A stretch of 64,000 nucleotides of DNA from the human T2T-CHM13v2.0 reference genome, Homo sapiens: NCBI RefSeq assembly GCF_009914755.1, contig NC_060947.1; one strand, given 5' to 3'. Positions 30,126 through 46,744 of this stretch are shown one piece after another (the stretch's first letter is position 1; each line of letters begins with the position of its first letter). The notes below the pieces were generated by a model. It saw only the letters and a program-made list of their open reading frames with translations. It ran no database searches and had not been told where the DNA came from. The translations under genes and the position numbers were made by a program.

Positions 30126-31066
30126 CTAAATAAAAAAGATTACATGTTTCAGAAACTGAGAAAGTAACAGATTCAAGTAGGAGAAAAAAAAAATGTTAAA
30201 AGTAAGGCAAAACGCCAAAAATCTAAATGGAATTTTTTTTTGGAAAACAAGCAATAAAATAAGACTGGATTCGAACTCCAGATGTGCTGTTAATATTGAA
30301 CAGTACACTCCCTGACCATGTGTTAGTCCTCTTTTACTAAATAAAACAGAAAGGCGCTAAAACAACTTTATTAAACTTTATTTGAAAATTATCATTAGTG
30401 TTTCTTTTCGTTTTTCTCTTGAACTGAAGAAGAGTCACACTTTTGGTACCATCAACTAAGGAGCACTGTCATAAAGGGGAAGGGCGCCACTCTGGACACA
30501 GATACACTTGGTTAACAGATTTTAAAAAGCTCAAGTAACCTGACATTACTTGACGTAGAAGTCTAGAGAGAAACCAGCTGGCTGCATTTTTATACTACAT
30601 TTCTAGGACTTTACATATGAGGTGGGAAAAAAAATAAAGAACTATAGATTACAGGAAATACTTCAAGATTAAGTTAAGATGAAATAATGTTAACATTCAT
30701 GTGACCAAAAGCAAAAACATACCATATTGTTATAACCACTCATACACAATTTTCCTTACAATAATCACATTGCCAAGCAAATCTGTAATCAGTGAAGAAA
30801 AAAATACAAACACCATCAGTACATTACCTTGTCCAAATTGCTTCAAGATTATATACCCCATCATAGGGTATTATTTTTGTTTTCAATTTTAAAGAGTTAA
30901 GCATTATAGTATACTATATTTATAGCCACAAAGCATTTAAAATTTACCATTTTATCCCTAACTTTTACTTGAGCTCTTACTTATATTAAGGTAATTTTCA
31001 TGTTTTTTTAATTCTTGATTTTTAAGATTCATAAGACAGGAACTTCAGCATTTTAATCAGACTTAC

Positions 31067-31158
31067 TGAGCTTCCCTTGGTGGTTCCATAACACAAGATA
31101 AGTTTTCGGTAATTATAAACACGAACTTCTGAGAAAATATTTAGATGAGCAGGTATGT
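31067..31158 (-). CDS. MED14: MED14 exon 19 (DIPAHLNI...TKGSS), 92 nt
   Basis: tgtttag|AC acceptor, TCA|gtaagt donor. Confidence 0.96.
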
Positions 31159-31361
31159 CTAAACAGAAGGAAACAAAAAGGAGATTAATATTATACATGT
31201 AAAATTTTAAAATATAAATTTGAGTAACAGGGCATTTTGGCAATATTATATGCCCAGACAGGTCTCTAGTTAAGTAATTTAGTTTTTTAAAAAAAGCAAC
31301 AGCACAAACAGATAATATGCTTCCGTTTCTACAAAAGGGGGCAAGGGTAGGTGAGATATAC

Positions 31362-31590
31362 TGAAGCAGTCTAGCATAGTGGTTAGAGGGTTCCAATTCC
31401 AACTCTGCCACTCACTAGCTATGGGACTTTATGCAAAGTTCTTAGTCTCTGCAACTTGTTTTCTTCTGTAAAATGAGGAATAATACCTACCCTCATGATT
31501 GTGATTGTGAAGATTGTGAAAACTCATTTGTTAACACAAGCAAACTGTTTATAATATTGTATGCCACACAGTAAATAAGCACTATTATTA
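31362..31590 (+). mobile_element. MIR
   Basis: gcatagtggttagag...ctctgccactcactagct...ctgtaaaatgaggaataatacctacc. Confidence 0.75.
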
Positions 31591-31817
31591 TGATATGGTA
31601 TACCTGTGTGTAAAATTTTTGCAAACAAAAGAAACTTAACAGTGGTTGTCTTTAGGGGAAGGAAATTGAAGTCTGAAGTGAAAGGAATACTTAAGTTTTA
31701 TTAGATATACTTTGATTTTTTTGCTTGGAACACTGTGCATGTTTCACTTCAGTTAAAAAAAGGGTGAGGGCTTTTTTTTTTTAATTTATTTAAAAAGGAG
31801 ATTATCTCCACACGTAC

Positions 31818-31964
31818 CTGGTAGAGAACGTGCAAATTCCAACACACACTCATATAATCGTGCAATGCTATTCCAGTCATTAAGAAACATTTCAACCACC
31901 TTTCTACCACCAACAGGCTCAGACAACAGATTTTCATATGTCAGGTAAACGTGCCGGGATGGTC
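31818..31964 (-). CDS. MED14: MED14 exon 18 (GPSRHVYL...ARSLP), 147 nt; preceded by an 86-nt intron
   Basis: cctgtag|GA acceptor, CAG|gtacgt donor. Confidence 0.96.
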
Positions 31965-32050
31965 CTACAGGATTAAAAGAGAATATTAATAGTAATCGAT
32001 ACCAAAAAAATCCAGAAATATGCAAAGACAAAATGTGTGAAACATCTCAC

Positions 32051-32211
32051 CTTGCTCCCTAGTAGAAGTGCCATTAAGTGGACAATTTGCAAACACTAAC
32101 TCTGCTACCCAAGTGCGGTTATTTCTACCTTGTAATCGGAAAGTGCAATCAAGAAGAGAGCGGTCCAGAGCCTTTTGGGTTTCCTCAGTTATACCCTTAC
32201 AGGGAGGAATT
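32051..32211 (-). CDS. MED14: MED14 exon 17 (KIPPCKG...STREQ), 161 nt
   Basis: tcaccag|A acceptor, AAG|gtgaga donor. Confidence 0.96.
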
Positions 32212-32755
32212 CTGGTGATAAAAGACAGCATATGAAGTATACTTTACACAGACAAAGCACAATGTACACAATGACAGACAAGGTATGACATTACAGCTTC
32301 AGTTCAAACTCCACTTCTAGATACCTTCTGCAAAAGGAGGAAGCAATTCACAGCAATTAATAGTATTTAATCCATTTCCATTCACATCAATATGGATTAG
32401 AACTCTCATTTTAACAGTGATGCTTGTCTTTATTCATAATTTTGTTCTTTAAAAAAGACTACAATTCTACAGAATGAAAATCAAGAATACTGGTTTTCTA
32501 CAAAATCTATCTAGAACATCCTCAAGGAAAAGCTAAGGGGACCAAATCCTTATAAAACCACTCTTTGAAGACAGAATGATATAGTACAAAGAATAAGGGC
32601 CTTGGAGTCAGAGACCCACATTCTAACTCTGACTCAGCCACATTTAATGTCTCTGAATTTCCCAGCTACAAAATAGAGATGAAGAATTACCTTATGTGTC
32701 ATTGACGAAGAAAATGAAAGTGCTTATGGTGGCTGACACAGCAAGTATTCATATG

Positions 32756-32878
32756 TTTTGTTTTTTAAGAGATGTTGTCTTGCTGTGTTGCCCAGGCTAG
32801 CCTTGAACTCCTGAGCGATCCTCCCACCTCAGCCTCCCGAGTAGCTAGAATTACAGGTGCACACCACCAAGCCTGGCC
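32756..32878 (-). mobile_element. FLAM/Alu monomer
   Basis: Single ~120-bp Alu monomer. Confidence 0.8.
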
Positions 32879-33365
32879 CCATGTATGTTAATTCTCCCTT
32901 GCAGTAAAACCAAATCTTGGTCACTGACTGAATAACCATGATAAAATTCCAGGTTCATTATCCCCACTTTGCCACCTCCTCCTCTGTAGAGGTAACTCTT
33001 ATTTTCATAGAGCTTTACATGTGTTAACTCATTTAACATACATATTGTCACACATACATCACATATACAAGAGGAATGTAGTAGCTTGGTGTCTTAAAAT
33101 ACCTACCTATCCATTTTCCTTCTACCGTTTTACAAACTATCTCATTGGTCATAAAACATGATGAGGTAATATATTTTAGCTATTCATGAGTTATTTCAGT
33201 GAGATGAAATAATGAGATTACTTAATTATATATAACCTTTAACTCATACAGAAGGTGGTTAATTCTCAGATTTGGTATAATAAATATTTATATTGAGGCA
33301 AAAAAACAACAAATATAATTGGAATTAGAGAATCTTGGTTCAGACCCCTTAATTCAGAATATAAC

Positions 33366-33575
33366 AAAGTTTCTCAGTCTTGGCAGGATTGGCATTTGGG
33401 GCTGGAAAATCCTTTGTTGCGGGGTGAGGGGGCTGTCTTGTGCAGCCCAGGCCTCTACCTACTAGGTGCCAGTAGCACTTCCTACTCCCTCTTCTCAGTT
33501 AATGATCAAAAACATCTGCAGACATTGCCAGAAGTCCCCTGCAGGGCAAAACTGCCCTGGGGTTGAGAACCACTG
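33366..33575 (-). mobile_element. MER20 (hAT-Charlie)
   Basis: gacattgccagaagtcccctgcagggcaaaactgccctggggttgagaaccactg terminus. Confidence 0.8.
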
Positions 33576-36199
33576 ACCTGGAATAAACAACTTAAGAGAG
33601 CAAAAAATAGATTGCATGTGCTAATTAAAACTTCTATCACAGCTCCTCTTCAATATACAGCTTTTGAAGTTTTTCAAAAGTTAATCTTTCACACTACATA
33701 CTTTTTATCACTGCCAGAAAGATTTTGTGCAACTGTATTTTGGGTAGTTATTACAGAAATTGCATAAACTACCTATCCGTTCTTCAACGTGACAGGTATA
33801 CTGAGGACTTGCCTGCCCTTACCCCTCACGACATAGCCCTCTCCGTAGGAGTTATAAAGCAGCCAATTCAGACAGATTTTTTAAATCTCAAGTTTGAAAA
33901 TATAAATGCAGTACATTATCTTCCTTTCAAATAAAACAGGTTTTTCACAAAATCTATCTAGTTAGAAAAGGAAAGCACAGAAGCCAGCATGTGTTCAAGT
34001 GAGAACTAACATCAGTGTAAGCCTCTTTTCCCATTTATGCTCTTAGGGACAGCGGAACCCTGAAAGTGCACTGTATATCACTTTAATCTGTGATGCAGAT
34101 ACAATGAGCTCTACCTCAAGGAATTCGTAAAATAGTTACTTGCTTTTAAGGTTATGAATGGAACAGAATGAATAAAAATAAACTGTAACTTTTATCTTCC
34201 CAGCATGATCATGTGAGGGGAAAAAAGCAACAACCCGAAACCAGGTTCCCCAAAAGGAAACCTGACAAAATTGTTACAAACTTAAAATACTGCAAAATAC
34301 TATTATAGTACCTAAAAATTAAGAACCGAGGAAGGTATTTTCTGGACAATGGATTAACCTATCTGAAAATTTTTACCAATTCAAAAATGTTTGATTTACA
34401 CAGCTGCTCCTAACCAACTTTTCTCCTGTACTTCTCAGTACTAAACAAATTGAGGAGCCAGGCTATGGTCTTTTAAGGTCTGGCAGATGTGTGTCAGCTT
34501 TGTTGTGAGGGCTTTTACAAACATCATTAACCCCACTATGGCCCTGCAGTGCAAAACCAGGGAGATCACTGACAGTGCTAGCAAAAGCAGCATGAGTGTG
34601 CCTAAAAGGAAAGTGAAGAGGTTTTTATAAAGATTGCACACGTGTATGAAGGACAAGCTGGGCTGCACAACTTGCAAAAAAAGAGCTGTGCCTGTGCATT
34701 ATCAGCATAAGCTACAGGAGGCAAAGAAACAAAATGGAGGAAATGAAAAACCCTCGTGGGTGTGGCCAGAGGACCTTTACTACTGCACATGACTGTGACA
34801 TGAGTTCAACGAGAAGGTGGGAAGTTTGCTGAAGCGTTCAAAACTAGGCACCATGAGCATGCTGCTCTCTCAAAACTTGTGTCCCAATCCTAATTTGGGT
34901 TATAGGATCAAGGCTCTTGAATTTGCACAAGGCAACAGGTCCATGAATCATAGCAATCAAAGAAATTTACTATGATCCATTTGATACTATGATTGCAGAG
35001 ATGCATCAAGGAGGCCTGCTTAACAAATTTTCAAGGGGATAAAGTAGAACAAGAACAGAATGTATTTTTGGCAAAGAGAAGGAAAGTGTGCCAATTTTAA
35101 AGCTTTGAAGTATCAACTCATATTCATATTCAATATTAATATATCCAGAACTAAAAGCTTGTTACAAGAGTTTCTAAAGAATAAATGCATGAGTCCAATT
35201 CCATACTCATTAGGTCTATATAGGATTTTAATAAAATCATGTTGAGACATTTATTATTTACATTTTTTTCTTCTTCACTTCTATACCCTACCCCAATAAT
35301 GGACAGCACTTACTGGACCAACAGTCATCTTTAACATATCCGTTTATGTATATTTTCCTTTACATTTTAAAATAAAGAAAACAAAAGCCAAGATTAAAGA
35401 CTTTAAGAATTATTATAAAATGAAGCTAAAAAATATAAAGTACTTCCTTCCTAGGTAGGACTCTTACGCATTCTCTTGAGTTCAAGAAGAAAGGAGACTG
35501 AAATTTCTCTTGTAAAAATGCCGAGAACAAGATATTTTTAAAATTTCACAAACCATGAAAAATACAACTAAGAGAATAGAATGCAAATGTTAACATTATC
35601 AACTTATCTACAGGTGCCTAGAAGAGTAAAAAGAAAAAAAAAACCTATATTCAAGGCAAAGCAATTCAAAACCAAATGCAATTGGAAGTATTGCATTTTC
35701 CTACTGATTTCCATTTTAAGACTAGCTCTCTCTCTCCTGAAAACGTTTTTGTGGAAATGTTGTTAAGATAGCCAGGAAGAGGAACTATTCTAGTTCAATT
35801 CTGTAGTATCTAAAGTGAGCACTAATGACACATGGGTTATGTGACACTATTTGCTAGCTCTATCTACCTTCCACGGAAACAGATTCCTAGATAACAAATG
35901 GTAAAGCCCCACTGCTCAAATTGCAGAGCTGCTATGTCTTAGCAGACAGAGGAATTCAATAAATAAAAATTGCTTATATAATTTATATCATTAAGCAACA
36001 TCTGGGAAACAATAAAGTGTACCCCTCCTTTGCAAAGAAACCTGTTTCCTGGACCAAAAAGGTTGATCTCTTAGATGGTATTCTGGCTTTGCAAGTCCAT
36101 ACTGGGTCACTTTTAAAGCACATGTACCACATTAGCTTTACTTCTAAGCATCTTTTGGCTCCTCGTCCTTTGTCCATTAGAACTTAAGCCCTATGCCCA

Positions 36200-37480
<1,281 letters not shown>

Positions 37481-37668
37481 CCAAGTGATGCTGGATTGCC
37501 ACTCCATAGATTAAAGGAATCTTCCCCCAGACCCTAGTAACTCTATGCAGAAATCCACAACACCCACAGGTTCTGAACACTGCTTTATGTTGTCTCATGA
37601 AAGAGAAGCAGCTTTCAGAGTGTGACTGCAACATGTGGCACCAAGTGAAACATATGACAGGGGCTTAC

Positions 37669-37745
37669 TTTAATAAGCGAATTGCATGGCTGAAGCCATC
37701 ACCTTCCACTTGCACTCCTTGATGTGGAATCTCCAGATTGGACAA
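37669..37745 (-). CDS. MED14: MED14 exon 16 (LSNLEIPHQ...AIRLL), 77 nt
   Basis: tttctag|TTG acceptor, AAA|gtaagc donor. Confidence 0.96.
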
Positions 37746-38626
37746 CTAGAAAGAGAAAAACAATTATATCAGACGACCAATTTTACAAAAACAACTACCA
37801 TTTCTAAGTACTACGGTCTCTATTCTTGTGGCACCTGTTCTAGGACCATCCTTTCCCCAAGTTACAACATATTAGGCATGAGTATTATCCCCATCATTAG
37901 ATTCCCTGGGAAACGACATGAAGTCCAGTGGAACTCAAAGCTGTCCCAGTGCATCTAGTTTAAGAAACACCTCCACAAGTGGCAAATATTCAAAATTTAG
38001 GAGATTAGTCTAATTTTTGCAGGGAGCCAAAAGTAATCTAGAATCAATTTTAGTAGTTCAAGAGGCCACAAGAATGGTTTCTCGTGTAATTCTCTTCTGT
38101 TTGTTCAAAACAATGTTTGAGTCACTGTCATAGCTTATTTCTAAATGATATTTTTTAGTTTACAACATTTCTGAAATACATTTTTAAGAATTAAACTACT
38201 TCCTATGTGAAACCCAAGAAAAGATTTCCAATTTGTGCATTTACCCAATGACATCTCTTTCCCAATTAAAGGATTCAGAAAGCAAATTAAAAAGATAAAT
38301 GCAGAGATAGTGCCTGAAACCCTTTCCATGGGACTGCAAGTAATTACAGTATGCCAGAAAGTCATCTGATCTAAAGAAATGCTTGCCTTTGGCAGATATT
38401 CCCAGGTCTTGCATGACAGACTATTTATATCTACCATGTTCTGGAAAGGATTTAAGGAAGTTCCAGGTATTTGAGTGAGCCCTGCTCTTTGGGCCTGGGA
38501 AAGGGAAAGGTTTAGAAAAATAGCTGCTACCAAATAGGAAGTAGGGGTTCAGATTCAAAAGGAAATGAAGTGTGGGCCAGCTCAAAAATGTTGCTGCTAT
38601 TCTATCAATCAGATATATAAACATCC

Positions 38627-38918
<292 letters not shown>

Positions 38919-39582
38919 GATATATAAACATCCCTTATAAGATGAGATTTAGTTTTAGTTATTCACATCTCAGCCTAAATTACTTTAAGCAGAAAATATA
39001 CTTGCTTTTATCTTTAACATAGCTAGAATGTTCACTGAGAATAAAAAGTAGGTAAGTTTTTAAGAGCTTGACTGAGTTCAATAGAGAACTACAGAATGTT
39101 CATCTGTGTCCCATATGTGCAGCAGGTATAGGAATACAGAGAAGGTGGACAGAGAGGACGTATGTCTACAGTCATTAACCTACGTAGGCCTACAAAGACA
39201 CACATTTTTGCCAATTCTGGCCTGTGGGTAGGGGAAGAGAGGATATAAATGCATTGCTTTGCCTCAGCACCACATATCCATCTTCCCTTCCCACTGCAAA
39301 GGTAGTAACTGAATGATATTCATATAATCAATCCAAATAACACAATAAAAGAGTCCAAGAACACAGTCAATTACATAGGAAACATGGACACACTCCACAG
39401 TTTAGGAGCTAAGGCCAGTATCCAGATAAGAGGACATTCATCAGGCTCACAGTTCTAGGAGCTGGGTCATCAAGGACATGAGTATTTATTTTAGGTGCCT
39501 GTTTCTAGGCTTGGGTTTCTCTCTGGGCTCTTTACAATTTCACACCTTATCCTCTGCCTACAGATCCCAAATTCCTGTAAAG

Positions 39583-40115
<533 letters not shown>

Positions 40116-40649
40116 CTAAAGCATGAAAGCTATTTTCAACAAATCTTCCCAAGGCCATCATCATCAGCCCAACTGAAAAAGTCCATTTTCACATTTCCAG
40201 GTCTCTCCTTCATTCACAATAACTTACAGAGGAGGGGATTCTTACAAAACATAAAACTTTAACCTACAGGGAAATAACTGGGGTTTTAGTGTATCACTTT
40301 TGAGGGGCTACCCATCCTTGGCCAAACTCCTTTTTGGAAATACAAAAAGTGCAGGTCTGTTACCTCCCTTTCACGTTTGAGGATTATATTGGATATCACA
40401 ACTGCGTATTCTTTCAAGGCACTAATTCTGCATAAATCTATTGCTTCTCCCATGTGAGAAAAGTAAAAATTTAGTTTAATATTCTTTCTGATCTGCTTCT
40501 TAGAAAGGATCCCGGTTTTACTAGGGCTTAATCAATATACATGGCTTTACCAACTCAAAAATAAGCCACCTGGCTATCAACTAACCATCTCTAATAGGCT
40601 TAAACAATGCTCCTACTAAGAGGTATAAAAGTAAAATGTTAATTCTTAA

Positions 40650-41349
<700 letters not shown>

Positions 41350-41400
41350 TAAAAACTACTCTTTCATTTGGGGTATCCAGAACTGTTCCAAAAAACTTAC

Positions 41401-41535
41401 CTCCAACCGAAGTCCTACAAATGGCATATTTGTATCACACATAGCGACGAAGTGGGCTAAAACTTTATTGAAGGCACACATTTCTCCTGCTCGTTTTGTT
41501 TTCTTGGATTCTACTGGACATGGATCATCAGACAA
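41401..41535 (-). CDS. MED14: MED14 exon 15 (LSDDPCPVE...GLRLE), 135 nt
   Basis: attctag|TTG acceptor, GAG|gtaagt donor. Confidence 0.96.
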
Positions 41536-41924
41536 CTAGAATTTAAGTAAAGAACACAAACAGGTAAAAAAAAAAAAAAAGTACATGTGATGCAATTCAT
41601 TAAGATAGTTAAAATACTGGAAGAAAGCTCAGGGTTAACCAAAACAAATGTTATTGTATTTACTGAGTAAATACTGACCTAAACACTGGTAATTTATTAG
41701 TAAATATTTTGTGTTTCACAAGTTCTCTCATGGAAAATGGTGGACAATTATTTAATTAAAACAGAAGCATTTTCAAGAAAATGTAGACAATTGTTACTTA
41801 AGCCTTATTGCTGCCTCGTCTCTTAAAAACTGTATCTTAGTTCTTTCTCATATTAAAAATGAGTAAAGAACACAACCAAGTTAACACACACAAATTCTGT
41901 GCTCATTTTCATATGGAATCATAC

Positions 41925-42119
41925 CTTGCGCTTGGCATTGGTTCTGGTCTGTTTCCCGGTTTTTGTACGAAAAACCAAGTCCTGAATGTTTTCCTTGAAC
42001 TGCTGCAGCAGCAATGCCATTGCAGGGCTGTCTTCACGATCTGCAGCATTCACAGACATAAAGTAGTACTTGTACGACAGTTGTGTGGGTTTATTGGGAA
42101 CCTCCAACATCTCCACAAC
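41925..42119 (-). CDS. MED14: MED14 exon 14 (VVEMLEVP...NAKRK), 195 nt
   Basis: tttttag|GTT acceptor, AAG|gtatga donor. Confidence 0.96.
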
Positions 42120-42460
42120 CTAAAAATCCCAAAAAGAAATAAGACTTAGAGAAATAAGAAGTGTCAGATATTTTCCTCCGTACATCATCAAGTAAGGCTC
42201 AGAATTATAAATCTAATGTAGATGTCTTAAAAAAAAAAAAGGTTAAATCAATCGTATCAAAAAAAAGCATTCCTAGCAAATACATAATTTGTTTTCCAAA
42301 AAGTAGATGAGACCAAAGAAGAATGATAAAAGCAAAAGCAACCATAAACTATAACAAATGGGGCATTTAAACTATTATGTATTAAGTGTTCTTGATATTC
42401 ACACCTCAGCTTATAAATTGAAAAAAACAAAAACAAATTTGCCTAAATCCAGTAGGTCTG

Positions 42461-42827
42461 TGATATGGTTTGGCTTTATGTCCCCACCCAAATCTCATCT
42501 TGTAGCTCCCGTAATTCCCATGTGTTGTGGGAAGGACCTGGTAGGAGATGACTGAATCATGGGGGCGGGTCTTTCCTGTGATGTTCTTGTAATAGTGAAT
42601 GGGTCTCACGAAATCTGATGGTTTTAAAAACGGGAGTTTCTTTGCACAAGCTCTCTCTTTGCCTCCCACCATCCACGTAAGCTGTGACTTGCTCCTCCTT
42701 GCCTTCCACTGTGATTCTGAGGCCTCCCCAGTCACATGGAACTGTGAGTCCAATTAAACCTCTTTCTTTTGTAAATTGTCCAGTCTCAGGTATTTCTTTA
42801 TCAGCAGTGCCAAAACAGACTAATACA
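42461..42827 (+). mobile_element. THE1A-like MaLR solo LTR
   Basis: TGATATGG...TAATACA termini; perfect 5-bp TSD gtctg. Confidence 0.92.
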
Positions 42828-43112
42828 GTCTGCTAGATTTTCTAGAATGGTATCTATTTTAAATTGCTCTGCTGCCTCCCTTAACCACTCAAACATCTTA
42901 AAAATTCCATTATTAAGGCAGAGAAAAATGACAACCATCCCTCATACTTGGAAACATGTAAAAACAAACCCTAATTTTTCAACTGAAAAATATGGTCACT
43001 GTGAGGGTAACAATATTGACAGTTAACACTGATACAAAGCTTAATATGTGCCAAGTATTGTCCTAATACTTTACAGATGCTAACATATTTAATCTTCCTA
43101 ATAACCCTGTGA

Positions 43113-43415
<303 letters not shown>

Positions 43416-43764
43416 TATCTTTATTTTTGTGATGAGGAAACTGAGGCACAAAAAAAGCAAGTTACTTGCCCAAGGTCACACACGTAGTAAGTGACAGACT
43501 CATGCTTTGATTCCAGAAGTTTGGCTCCAGAGGCCTTGTTCTTCCTACTATACCTGCTTACTGTTTCCAAGGTCTAGCTAAAATTTAAGAAAAGTCCCCT
43601 AAATGCTTTAGTGACAAAAATATATGCCATTAGGAAAGGCTCCTGACCAACACACATTCTTTTCCATTTCTCTTCCTGCTTCCTTTCTCCCTTGCTCCCC
43701 CTCCTCCCCACACATACTCTTCAGGAAAGCATCACACTGATGATGTACCTCAGGAAATGTTAAA

Positions 43765-44540
43765 AGTCAAATGGCCATTTCACCAAAGAAGACAGGATGA
43801 GCACACGAAAATATGCTCAACATCTTCAGCCATTAGGGCAGTGTAAATTAGGCCTACGATAAGACACCACTACATACCTATCAGAATGGTTAATATTTTT
43901 AAAAAATTCTAATGACTAACTGTTGGCAAGCATGAGGAGCAACGAGAACTCTCATATATTGCTGGCTGGAATGCAAAATAGTACATCACTTTGGAAAACA
44001 GTTGGCAGTTTTCTACAAAGTTAAACACACATTTACCATATGACCCAATAATCCCACTCCTAGTTACTTATCCAAGATGAAATAAAAAATGACAACTTAT
44101 GAACACACACAAAAATCTATATGCAAATGTTTAACAGCTTTAGTCAAAATTACCCCAAACTGGAAACAACCCCAATGTCCTTCAATGAGTGACTCATTAA
44201 ACACAAACTGTGGTACTCCCACACCATGGAATGCTACTCTGCAACAAAAGGAAGGAACTATTATACACACAACAACACAGATGAATGTCAAAGGTATTAT
44301 GCTGAGTCAAAGAAACTGGACGGAAAAGGCAAACCTATAGAGACACAAAACAAGTCAGTGATTACTAGTTGGAGGGGGCTGATTATAAGGGGTATTATGT
44401 GGCAATTTTGGGGGATAATGGATCTGTTCTGTGCCCTGAGATGGAGGCTACACAACTGTATGCATTTATCAGAACTCATGCTAAAAAGTCTGTATTTTTA
44501 CTTTATGTAAATTATATCTTAATAAAGCTAACCAAAAAAG
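43765..44540 (+). mobile_element. L1MB/MC 3' end
   Basis: ORF2-end and 3'UTR text (cactttggaaaacagttggcag, tggaaacaaccccaatgtcc, aaattatatcttaataaagc). Confidence 0.8.
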
Positions 44541-45152
44541 AAAGGTAAAATGGCAGAAAGACATTTAAGGGGATATCAACTGCAGCAAGACTTTCCTCTG
44601 TTCTTCTTAATGTCCATGTTAGTAGTTCTTTCCACTTCCATGAACATATTACCCCTAAGTGATAAATCTAGAGGACGAGGAATAATCTACATTCAGTTTT
44701 GGTCTAAGCCATATGAAACAAATTATTGCTTTATAATAGATCACTGGTCACTGACATTAAAGCGTGGTTAAATGTCATAAAATAATAAATTATAACCATT
44801 TTTGTCTTATTTTGTGCATGGCTGATTATAAGAGATCTTTGTATGTTCATGGGTTTCGCTATGATGCATGTATTCTGTATTATCATTTCACATGTAGACC
44901 AAGCAAGCTCACTGAGAACTGAAACAATAGTCTTTTGTAGTGGGCCAAATCTAGTTCTACAGCTGCTGTTTTAAAATTCAGAAAAAAGTAAAATTCAGAT
45001 CAATGACAGACTCACTAGTCTACATAAGTATCCCGAGCTTAAGATATGTCAGCCTACAATGGTGTCCTTTTAAAATAGTATCTTTTAAAAGTACAGGTCA
45101 AAACCTTAAAAAGTTCACTCCCATTACTTTCAACAAACAATCTTGAATTAAA

Positions 45153-45289
45153 ATTTTTATTTTATTTTTATAAGCGACGAGGTCTCACTATATTGCTTAA
45201 GCTGACCTCAAACTTCTGGGCTCAAGTGATCCTCCTGCCTCGGCCTCCCAAAGTGTTAGTTTTACAGGCATGAGCCATCACACCTGGCC
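45153..45289 (-). mobile_element. FLAM_C-like monomer
   Basis: Single monomer; TSD tgaattaaaattt. Confidence 0.82.
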
Positions 45290-45313
45290 TGAATTAAAAT
45301 TTGTAAAACATAG

Positions 45314-45655
<342 letters not shown>

Positions 45656-46240
45656 AGAAATTTCAACAAGCAAGAAAATATATTCAGGATGGGTTCATAT
45701 TTAAAATTATTGCAAATTTTAACTAATTCAAAAATAAAGAAACTAAAAAACATACAGAAACAGTGAAAAAGGAATAGAGAGGACCTTACTGTGCACTAAA
45801 AGGAACACATACTCAATAAAATGAAAGATGCCTTCAATCAAAGAAGGATGAAAAAATAAAGCTAATTCAGCCAGTCCATATTTGAAAGGTTTCACTATAC
45901 AAGTTAATATTTCAAGTGAAACAAGTTTATCTGACATCAAAACATCGCCAGACCTTCATAGGAATTGGTCTTAAATTTTTTATTCTTACAGAGATGTCTC
46001 ATTCCAATCAAAGACTAGGCCTCATCACAGGACAGACCCTAGAGTGAGGGATGGGGTTATACCTTATGTTCCCCAACTGAGACGTGACATTCCTCTCTCC
46101 CCAATTCTAAACCCCTGGGTTTCACTATACCAAAGTCAAATATTCAATAAAATTCATTGGCAAGTTAAACAATAAGTCATTCAAGATACTAACAGAATTA
46201 CTAAACTTGATCACTCCAAATCACTCCTTTGCATACTTAC

Positions 46241-46400
46241 AATGTAGTATTGTGGAAGGCGGGTAAGTTTAATGAACAGTTTATTCTTAGAAAGGTTTCC
46301 AATAGGATGAGTTGAGTAATTGGAAAGCTGCAATGTTTCACTGCTTATCGTAGGCAGATGTTTTATAGACTGCTTGCAACGCTGTTGTCCAAGCCAAAAC
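46241..46400 (-). CDS. MED14: MED14 exon 13 (KFWLGQQRC...PQYYI), 160 nt
   Basis: aattcag|G acceptor, ATT|gtaagt donor. Confidence 0.96.
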
Positions 46401-46744
46401 CTGAATTTAAAAGTGATAATCCACATCAAATCTCAGACTTTTCTGATTATCTGTGCCCTATCGATTTACAAATGATTAAAGACCATTAAAAAAACAATTA
46501 ATTGAAATTTAACTGAACTAATAAAAGGACACATGGCCATAATGACAAATCATTTTTTCATAGTTTTGCACTACTGTCAATTCTAGTTTTAGTTTAAGAA
46601 GTTTAAACTGCAATGTGAATGATCTTAGTTATAAGGTAGAATTCACTGTAAGGATGAGATACTATGTTAGTTTATTATTAAGGAGTGACAGATTTCCTAC
46701 GGTTTAAAGACAGCACCAACTAATCTCAACATTCTTTATATAGC

